Below, piece by piece: positions 54,261 through 64,000 of a stretch of 64,000 nt of DNA. The stretch is taken from positions 22,630,001 through 22,694,000 of the forward strand of contig CM022673.1 of the NCBI GenBank assembly GCA_012295275.1, written 5' to 3'. Each line of letters starts with the position of its first letter. The first letter of the stretch is position 1. This DNA comes from Chrysomallon squamiferum (Eukaryota > Animalia > Mollusca). The notes below the pieces were generated by a model. That model did not search any database and was not told the origin of the DNA. It was given only the letters and a program-made list of their open reading frames with translations. The translations under genes and the position numbers were made by a program.

Positions 54261-55689
54261 ACTTGTTGACCTTGTTCTGCGTCTACTTGAGACCTTGGGC
54301 TGCAGCCAAAGAAAAGTTGAGTCTGGAATAGGTCAGACGGCATCTGTAATTTTTACGCTGCCATTGAAAAATAACCTTCAAGTAAAGCTGTTAAGTACAT
54401 AATATTAACATCAAGTGGTTATAACTCTAATACGTACGCTCAAGAACGTTAACATCAAGACTGACAACAACATGTTAGCATTAAACAAAACACTTTCAAC
54501 ATCTGAATTCTGAAAACTTTCTGGATTTGCAAGTGTAGCTCTTCATATATTATAATCAGTAATCAGCGCGGCATTCGCTTTTAACAATGTGCCCACTTCC
54601 AATATTTAGTTCTTTCTAATCATAGCTGATTCATTTCTTCTTATTTTGTTTATCAGTAGGTATAATTTTATTCTTTCTTAATACTAATATGATGCATACA
54701 TGAACTATATAATCAACAAAATCTTTGATATCTGTTCTCATTTTGTACATTTCGTTAGTACTTGCCTATCATCAAATGTAAATAAGTACAATTCGGAATT
54801 CAAACGGCACATGTCTTTTAAACCAATTACTATAACCATGTTTAAATATTTTAACGGTTTAAGGAAACTGAAACTGGTCTGCTGGTGTCTGCTGGTGATG
54901 CACAATCAATGCGGTAGGCCTCTAATTTATTTATTATAGTGGAAGAAATCGTAAATAAAATCTGTTTTATTATGAATTTGTTTTATATAATATTCAGGCA
55001 TGTATGTATGTGTGTATGTGAGTTTGCATATATGTTTGTATGTTTGTCTGTATGTCTGTATGTTTGTATGTGTATGTGTATATGTGTTTGTCTGCCTGAC
55101 TGTATGTCTCTCTGTATGTACGTGCGTAGAATGTATGTATGTATGTATTTAATTAGCACTTGCATATGCCTGAACAACTATATTTAAATATGTCCAAAAA
55201 TGTTAGTATGTAAGCTTTAAGTTAATTCAAAAGCAGTTTTCACTAGGAAACGTAGACGAGTAATCATTCATATCTCAGAAGAATTACTGCCTCTTAAGAC
55301 TGGAAATTAGAAATTCTTCTTCTTTTGTTATAGACCTAGATGACCCAGACTCTAAAGTGCACTGTCTGTGTCGGTTATGACAAATCGATCTAGTCGAGTG
55401 GCCCGAACGCACCACGGTCGCAACTTATGCAAACCACCAACTATCTGAGTGCTGTACTAGTTCTACAAAATAAATTAAAGTGTTGTTGACAATATTTAAT
55501 AGCACTAGAAATTACTAACGTGCTTTCATATAATAATATATAAGTATCATTTTTAATATCACTTTCGAAAAGCTGAAATAAATGTGGATATTATATATAT
55601 TTAAATCATTTTTAAAAATATGTAAGTCAAGTAGATTTTATTTTGTATTTGTATGTAAAGGTAACATTACGTCATATATGTGCTCTGTA

Positions 55690-56080
55690 TAAAAATCATG
55701 TAACATTTGAAACGCATATTTTATATAGAAAATCACGTGACAAGTCAGATGTATATTTTGTGTTTGGAAATCAGGTATTATGCGAGATGTATATTCTGTG
55801 TAGAAAATCACGCGACGAGTGAGACATATATTCTGTATGTTAAAAGTAAGGTGATATGTCAGAAATATTATATATGTTAAAAGTCAGATGATATGTCAGA
55901 GATATTCTACATGTTAAAAATCAGGTGACATGTCCGATGTATAATGTATGTTGAAAGCCACCTGACATATCCGAAATGTTAAAAATCAAGTGACATGTCC
56001 GATTTATTGTTTATGTTGAAAAACGAGTGACACGTCAGATGTATAATGCGTGCTGAAAGTCAGGTGAAACTGTATCAGAT
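55690..56080. repeat. Degenerate 37-bp minisatellite, ~11 copies
   Basis: Equivalent positions at 55696, 55733, 55771, 55808, 55847, 55884, 55921, 55958, 55986, 56023 and 56060 (mostly 37-nt spacing). Consensus is approximately AAAATCAGGTGACATGTCAGATGTATATTCTGTATGTT. Confidence 0.85.
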
Positions 56081-57433
56081 AAATTACTCTCAGTAGACAG
56101 TCAGGCTGGAACACAGAAAACATATACCCGGGTTTAAAATGGCCACTATGTTACATTGAGTGGCGTTTATTTTCTGTGTCAAATATGCTCGGCTTGTTAT
56201 CGTTCCCGGCCCGTTACAGCGAGCTATAAAACAGCTGTCTGTCTGTTTAAATTCGGTTCTGAGTACCATACCATGATCGTAAAATATGTGAAAGTAATTT
56301 GGAAACAATAAAACAGTGAATAGCAATGGGGTACTGCGTTAATGTTGGTCTCGCTTAACGGGCAATTCTTTTAACATCGTTTGATCCAGAGGCGTTGTCT
56401 GTAAGACATGAAACATGGTCGTTAATTTACAAAATGAGACTCTTTTCTTTTCTCACTTCATATGTTGAAATTCATTAGCATTTTATGTCATAAAGGCCTT
56501 CCTTTTTAATCATCTTTCTTAGACATTAATAATGATAAGTGTCAACATTTTTTTATTGTTAAAACTAATTAACATATGTATTAAACAAATTCGTTCGACA
56601 TGTAAAATAAAATAATTATATTTGATGTAATATCATCCAAAATGTTTCAAGGTACATATATCTAATCTTAAGTTCGTGTTAGTGAAATTTATTATTGGAC
56701 TGAAATGTTATTTAAAACAGTCTAAAAGTGTAACTACAAATTAATAAAAATATTGTTCTGTATGACTGGAAAAAGTTTTCACTGAGTAACATTCTGCAGT
56801 GGATCTTTTATTTCTACAACATCGAAATATATATCTCTATTATTTTTTCCTTATTTTGTTTTTGTTTCGCTTACTGATTATAAAGATTGATACGTAATAG
56901 GCAGTGACAGTATCATAAAACACGAATTATCATCTACTTTTCTGTTTACATTTAATACACCAGTAAAAGGAACGGTTAAGTCGTTCCACAATAACGTACC
57001 GGCCGATTGACCAAATTCAATCGTCTTTTACTCTTTTTAAACCAGCAGTTCTTTTCTGAAATATGTTTGTTTGTTTTTTTTTGTTTTTTTTGTATTTTTT
57101 TAGGGGGTTGCTACATTTTCATACTGATTTCGTTAACAGAAAATATTCTGAATTCCATCTGCAATAATGAAGACGGAAAGTCGATTTATTTTTATTTTAT
57201 CTTTTTTAAATATGAATGTAGACGGTTAACGTGTTAAGTCCATTAGTGTGTAGAATTTCATTTGATGGATGAAAGCAAAGCTGACAGACTAAACAGCGAA
57301 CGATCGTTTTCTTCTCGCTAGAAAGTAAAAATCATTACGTCGCTTTGTTACATTTGAAAAGTTTCTGTGTGAACAGTATTAGAAACGAAAGTTATGTCAT
57401 TCTGAACTTTTTGAGAAGTGTCGATGCATTGAA

Positions 57434-57468
<35 letters not shown>

Positions 57469-57479
57469 TCTTTTCTTTT

Positions 57480-57610
57480 TGTAAACTGCGGGTCTAATAT
57501 CGTTGGTTCGAAGTATCGTTTACTTGAAGATAGTAAACTGAGTCGTCTGCCGTGACGCGTCCCGAGAGCGCCGCCTGCTGTACAGATTCAACGAATACTG
57601 GTGTGATAAA
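57480..57610 (+). promoter_or_regulatory. Candidate internal promoter for the 58242 exon
   Basis: Dense CpG patch (GTCGTCTGCCGTGACGCGTCCCGAGAGCGCCGCC) with a CRE/ATF-like TGACG, ~650 nt upstream of the second signal-peptide ATG. Confidence 0.4.
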
Positions 57611-58241
57611 GTTTCAGAATGAAGCAAACCGACTTTCTGTTTGTAGCTGCTTTTATTGAATTGTCTGATAGGTTGGGCCGTTTCTTTCTGTTTAAAAATC
57701 TTTGTTTACTGGTCCATCTTTTGTGTTGTTGTTCACTGGATGGAAAACTGTGACTATGTATCTGTTCTTAATTACTTGCTATTGCCTTGGCGAAAAGGAA
57801 ACAAACTGGATGCTAATTCGTTCCGAAAAAGCCAGCTAGAATAAAGGAAAAAATGTTTTCCGATCAATGATGATAACTGTGCTCGGAAGAGAAAAATCGT
57901 AATCAATAAATAATTTGTCTACAAAAACAAAAACAAAAAATTAAAGAAAGAAAAATATATTCAAAAGCCTCTGTTGTATATAGCTCCTCAAGTTACTGAT
58001 TTTTCGTTTCTGACAGACCACAGACAGGTACGTGGGTCTAGTAAACCAATCAAAGCTTTGAGCGGCCTAAAACTGTCGAACATGACACATTTAGAGAATT
58101 CGCCATAATCACAGGCAGAATCGTATGATTATGCCATTGTGAAAAAAAATAGAAGTGCAATCAAATAGCTTTGCAGATGTGACCGATATGCCTAGGTGAA
58201 AGTGGCCGAGGATATCGAGATTCGCTGGGTGGGAGAGGGCA

Positions 58242-58347
58242 ATGAGGTCCCCCGAGTGTCGCCTTACCCACATGTGTTTGTGCCTACTCGCACTTTCAGC
58301 TTTCATGAGTCTAGCGTCGGCTACGAAACGCCGAAAGGACAAAGCAG
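58242..58347 (+). CDS. Second signal-peptide exon (alternative first exon, or first exon of the next gene)
   Basis: Not in the ORF track. ATG 58242, with an in-frame upstream TGA at 58197, encodes MRSPECRLTHMCLCLLALSAFMSLASA-TKRRKDKA: basic n-region, hydrophobic core and an A-S-A cleavage motif. It ends at the phase-1 donor GCAG|GTTAGT. The segment is GC-rich relative to its flanks. Confidence 0.75.
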
Positions 58348-61300
58348 GTTAGTTTCTTCATTTAATGTAAATATAATTAAATTTTTACATAAACCAGTTA
58401 TTTAGCGACTTTTAATGATGATTCTACAGTAAACACGGCTCCCATTACATTTATTTATGAATTACTATTAGTGATTGTATCACTATTACTACAGTCATTG
58501 TTATTTCTGAAGCTATTACTAAAACACAGCAAGTATTATTTTTGCTGATGGTTTCTTCGGACTATATATTATTTTGACAACTTACATTATTTGGAGTCAC
58601 ATATTTATTGTCACTGTTAGTAACTGCTATTATTATTGTTATTGTTAACAATAGCACCACTTTCTCTTGATTACTACTACTACGACGACGATTATTGCTG
58701 TATCTTTTTCATTATTATTACCTTTAATGCCCGCGAAAGATCCGTATATTAATAAGGAAATATTCTAAAACTTAAAAGAAAATATATACTGTCAGGTCTC
58801 TTCAGTCTAAAATAAATGTTTCGTGCTGATTTGTCCTCATAAAGAAAAAGAAAGTTAAATTTTTACATTTTCATCATTACTTACATATCAAGTCAATCGT
58901 ACGTCGATCTTGAGACAGATAAGATGCCAATTAACCACTATGTAAACCGTTATTGTTATCAGTTACAAACATTTCCTACTTTTCTGTTTGTTGACTGAGC
59001 ATACATTTCTTCCAAAAAGGTAGTACTGACACATCATTTTGTCAAACAAGTAACATCAGATGTTTACCCTACACATTATGTCATAGGATGGGAAATTAAA
59101 AACGAAAGTTTTTAATTAAATTTTTTTCACTTATGTTAAAATATCAAAATACTACATTTGGGAAATTGAAATATTTTTCAGATTCGTAGTATATATTGTG
59201 CATAAACGTGTGAGACTTTATTTACACCACTCGTTATTTTAATATTGTGAGCATATAAAATTATTTAACTATATTTGATTGATATTTTGTGTGAGAATGC
59301 AATCGACTCTAAAAAACAAAGAAACAAACAAAATCACAATAAAGCATTGCTTCAACTTCTTGTTGGTCTCGTATAAAGAGGATAAGGGTGGCCAGAGTTG
59401 TAATTTGCGTCTATTAAATTAGAATCAAGTTTATCCTGTCTGAAGAAATCTTTATATCATATTTGTGCCATCTATTTTGTAACTTTCTTTCAGTTAATTC
59501 ATGATATTTAGGATATTTCTGCAATTAAAAACCCCGTAAAATAAGAAAGTTGGAAGGTGTATGGTTGTGTGTGTGATATCGTTAACGCAGATTATAAAGA
59601 ATTCTAAGACCAAGTGTAATAAAGAGCTTGAATATTCTTATAGTATAGCCATAGCCTAAGATTCACTTTCACTAACAAGCATTAATGTCTACTGAAAGGA
59701 CGGGTGCTGATAAAAATATATTAGCATTATCTTAAGCTGTGTAAACATAGTCGTTCGCCACACAGTACCCTGGTTGCAAGATTGTTAAGAACATCCAACG
59801 TTTTATAATAGATTTAGGGGAAAATCGTGAGATCATTAATGTCAAAAGAGTAATTTATTGGAATTCTGAGATAACAGCTGCACATTATCGTGCAATGAAA
59901 AAGTTATGTCAACGACTTCTGTACCGAATTTCAAAAGTGTATGTGTACCTGGTGTCGAATCTGGTCAGAAGAGCTATATATATTTAAATAAGTTACGAAT
60001 GATCCAAAAAGTATGCAAATTGAATTGTTAGTGGTTTGCATTATAATGGGTTTGCTTAGTAATATCTGTCTGCATAAGAAATAATCGCCTACAAATGGAA
60101 ATAATGGTTGCGTCAGCACAAGTCACGTCTACAATTTGTTGCATCGGCACAAGCAGTGGATGGCGTAACCAAATATTATGATGGATAATTCACTAGTAAT
60201 GCATAATAACCGAAAGGCTTATTTTGGACCAAGATATATATTATTTTCTCGACTAAATGCCCCCCTCAGAAAAAAAACAAAAAACCCAAACAAATATATA
60301 TATATATTAAAATATTAATAATAATAAATAATAATAAATAAATAAATAAAAGTGAAATAAAATAAAACAAAATAATTTTTGTTTCCCCCTTTTTAAAATT
60401 ATTTATTTTTATTATTATTGTATGTTTATATATATATATTAAGAAATGTTACAACTATGACATATTTTGTATAGATAGATGGCCCTGCCTTTCTTAAACT
60501 CGAAAAAAAACGAGCTCATTATCTGAAAAAAAACTCCGCAACACAGCAACAGAACGCAGTCAAAGATAACAAGTAATTTAATACACGAGTATGAATTCAC
60601 AAGGCGATTAAGAATGGATCAGTTGTGTATTAAAACTGAGACACTTAGCTACCATGGCACTTGAGACTCTTTTTCCAAATTAGTCTATTTATAACTCAAA
60701 ACATATACAATACATCGTTTTATTTGTGTTGTGTTCAAAAAAAGGAAAACCAAAGATTATTTTCTGAGGAAATGAACTCATAAAGTTAAATATCATTATC
60801 ATATGATATACTGAACGATAACTGATAAAAATCTATTTTTCTGCAGTGATGTAAAGTGAGCTTAGATGTAATTTTTTCTATTTACTTTTTTTTCTATCCT
60901 TCCAAGTGAAATATTCAAGCTAATTTAGTGGGACTTAACGGGTAACACCAAAGATAAAAGTGTATTTTCAGTTTAAAAACAATATGTATGTTATATCATT
61001 CATTCGACATCTCCCGAGTTTTTCCAGTGTTAAAGAAGCTACAATCAGAGGAACAAATATGCGCTCGGCGACATAAATAACCAGTGTAGTCATAGCAATC
61101 GGAAAGCCAATTCTAAAGAGCAAGACGTAAATCTTATGTAAATTTCAGCAAGTGGTATGTTTAGGTTAGCAACAACGATGTGGGAACCAAGTTAGCATGA
61201 CGCTGAGATGCAATGTCATAATTACTATGAGATTCTTTGACTTCAAAATTTTCATACGCAATCGTCTCAACGTGTCTCCAGAAATAGACGTATTATAACA

Positions 61301-61428
61301 AATAAAGGAATTCTTTTAAAAATCAAGCTTATTGTATGTCAGTTTTTTTAAAATTTAATAGTGATAACGAGTGAAATTCTGTTGCTGACATTAACGCTAA
61401 AATATATGCATGTATGTATGTGTATGTG

Positions 61429-61460
<32 letters not shown>

Positions 61461-62001
61461 TACACACACATAATGGATATAAAATAACAAATGTTAAGAA
61501 ATATGAATTTTATAGTTGCATTAAGCATTACTAATTTGTATTACTATCCTAATCGTCTTATTGTTTTTTATTATAACAAATTTACTAATGTTCATCTCAA
61601 AGATTGATCGGAATAAACCATCATTATGTTCATAAAAGAATAATAAATTAAAAAAAAAAAAAAAAAAGAATAAACAAATAAATAAATAAGATATCTTTCT
61701 ATTCATTCTCTTCTTCATTATATTTTATATTTTATTTTTGCTTTTTATTTTTCTTGTGTGTATATGGGAGTGAATGAATATTGCTTGATGTAATGTATAT
61801 TACCCACAGCGAACGTACTAGTATGACCTCAAAGATAGAGTAGAATATCTTCTGATCTAATCAGTCTGAAGCAGTCAACAGCGAGTCTAAGATCTTACCT
61901 GTAGTATCAAATTTACTTTTATCTTTAACAGACAAACTTGTTTTTCTCACTATACTATTGACAAGGGCCAGACCCGTAAATGTTTGCGCGGAGGAGAGCT
62001 A

Positions 62002-62069
<68 letters not shown>

Positions 62070-62826
62070 AACAATAATAATAATAGTAAACCATCCATTT
62101 TCTTAAAAAGCATGTTATCGTTTTTTATTGACGTAATTAAATAATTAATAATATTTTGATGTAGAAAAAAACTACCATTTCCTTTATTATTAATTTATTA
62201 AAAGATGAGATGAAGTGACAGTGATAAACATATGTGTGTGTGTGTGTCTGTGTCTGTGTGTGGATGTATATAGATAGATGTATAGATATATAAATCACAA
62301 ATTTATAAAACTATGTGAATGGCTGCTTCTTAAAATGTCTACAAATCCGTTAGCGTATAAAATTTACAACAAGGAGGTTTAAGAAGTGAAAAAGTACATA
62401 ATTTTTATCTTTAGACATTATGGCAACGGACCTGCGACCCCAATTTAAAATAAATTATCAGCTACACAACATTCTTTATGGGATGTCTTTATCTTTTCTC
62501 TCTGTTCACCGGGTATTTATTTGTATAAAAATAGTTAGGTGTTCATGTGCTGGTTACAAAATTGTTACAGAACACACACACACACACAGTTGTCGTTTTT
62601 GGTAGATGGAAAATAGACTTATTACCATAATAAAAATCTAAATTTCTTAGTAAAAGAAATTCTAAATTCATAATACTTTTTTGGCAAATTGTTTTTCAGT
62701 TTCGAAAAAATATATGTTTTTATTTTTGTATAAACACTGAATTAATCGGCCTGAGAAACAAGAATATTTTTAGTTTTAATAAAATAATTCAGCTTTCTTT
62801 GTGTCTAAGTTGTATGATATTTATAT

Positions 62827-62868
<42 letters not shown>

Positions 62869-63367
62869 TGTGTGTTTTTGAGAGAAAGAGAGAGAGAGAG
62901 AGACGTCATGTGCTTGTGTTTGGTCGCACCGGTAATAACTTGTATAAACATAAAGTTCAGATTTAGTGAAATAGTGGTAGTCATATAGGAATCATGTTTT
63001 TTTTTTTCATAGTTTGAATTGCATACTCAAATATTTGTTTAGAGCTTACATTAATGCATTTATTTCATAGCCTGTACTAAATCAAACTTCTTAATGGCAT
63101 ACAACTTTGCTTTGTTTGGAAAGAAAATATTTAAAGGTAACCAAAATTAACAACGGTAGACATTGTAACAATTCCCTTACTTCAACGCATATGCAGCCAT
63201 CATATTGCAAATAAATAAATAAATGAATAATCAGTATTATTATATTTCTGGTGATAGTTCAGTTTTTCACAAATATTTCCAGGCTAACAAAAACAAAGAA
63301 GGAACAAAGAAACAAAATATTTTGAATAATAATAAAAGTTGAATAAAAGATTACAAACAGTAATATC

Positions 63368-63423
<56 letters not shown>

Positions 63424-64000
63424 GAGAATGCCATGCGAAAATAAGTCAATTTTCCATTCTCCGACTTCATGTTCCATAAGACTGTTGGTGCTGCATCTTT
63501 AATGAAATATCCGTTTCTGCCTCCGATAACCACACTAATAATCATCACAGTTCTTCCATAATGTAGTTAGCTAATATGTAGAATTAACGAATTGTGAAAA
63601 TGGAAAACCTTAGTCGTCAGAACAATTATCTTTTGATAAAATATATATTTGTATATGTACATCTAGTTCGTCCGTAGTAACATCTTATTTTACATTTTAT
63701 CATATTTAAGTTTACCATAAATCCACAATAAATCTGTCTTAATATTAGAAAATAGTTAGTAAAAATAATATAGATTTCAACAATCCAAAAGTACATATTG
63801 GAAAAAAAAAAAAAAAAAATGAACATATTAAAAATGTCACAGTAACTTAACTAAAATTACTTTTCATCTAAATTAGTTCTCTGGTTTTGTTACAGTTATA
63901 TCTGTATCAGAATAATTAATAATTACAATAATGTACTTGCGAATTATCTGTTCGAAAATATCAGTATTTTTGTAATTCATCTTTCTACTTTTGAAGTGTG

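Noticed and set aside
55690-56080. CRISPR-like appearance of the 37-bp periodic array
   Set aside because: The units are degenerate along their whole length, there are no unique spacers or cas genes, and the context is eukaryotic.
58196-58405. 69-aa ORF MKVAEDIEIRW… and the antisense 77-aa ORF
   Set aside because: Both are shadow frames of the signal-peptide exon that starts at ATG 58242.
58348-64000. Downstream EGF-type exons of the secreted-protein gene
   Set aside because: The candidates checked (acceptors at ~60846 and ~61027, and the NNGC-like stretch at ~60100) hit stops quickly or lack Cys spacing. The next exon is probably outside the window.

Overview
This is AT-rich, microsatellite-dense animal genomic DNA, not prokaryotic. 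The Twist protein and the repeat landscape suggest a lophotrochozoan, possibly a gastropod mollusc (inference). Almost all ORFs in the supplied track are spurious translations of simple repeats. Two protein-coding loci are supported. (1) twist (bHLH + WR motif): the whole CDS lies in one exon at 14695-15279, with a splice donor 21 nt after the stop. (2) A spliced secreted-protein gene: signal-peptide exon 43096-43165 joins a 636-nt phase 1-1 exon (50737-51372) encoding a ~210-aa domain I cannot assign to a named family. A second, independent signal-peptide exon at 58242-58347 looks like an alternative first exon that bypasses that domain. The gene probably continues beyond the window. The gene-poor region between the two genes has CpG-retaining, enhancer-like islands and one sharply CpG-depleted block (~32.5-37.8 kb) carrying a chain of minus-strand exon-like segments with no long ORF. 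Mobile DNA includes a complete TA-flanked Tigger/pogo MITE resembling mammalian Tigger4/MER46, a Tigger 5' fragment, a Tc1/mariner end, and two foldback-type elements with sub-repeated TIRs. A 37-bp minisatellite built on paired E-boxes lies in an intron of the second gene.
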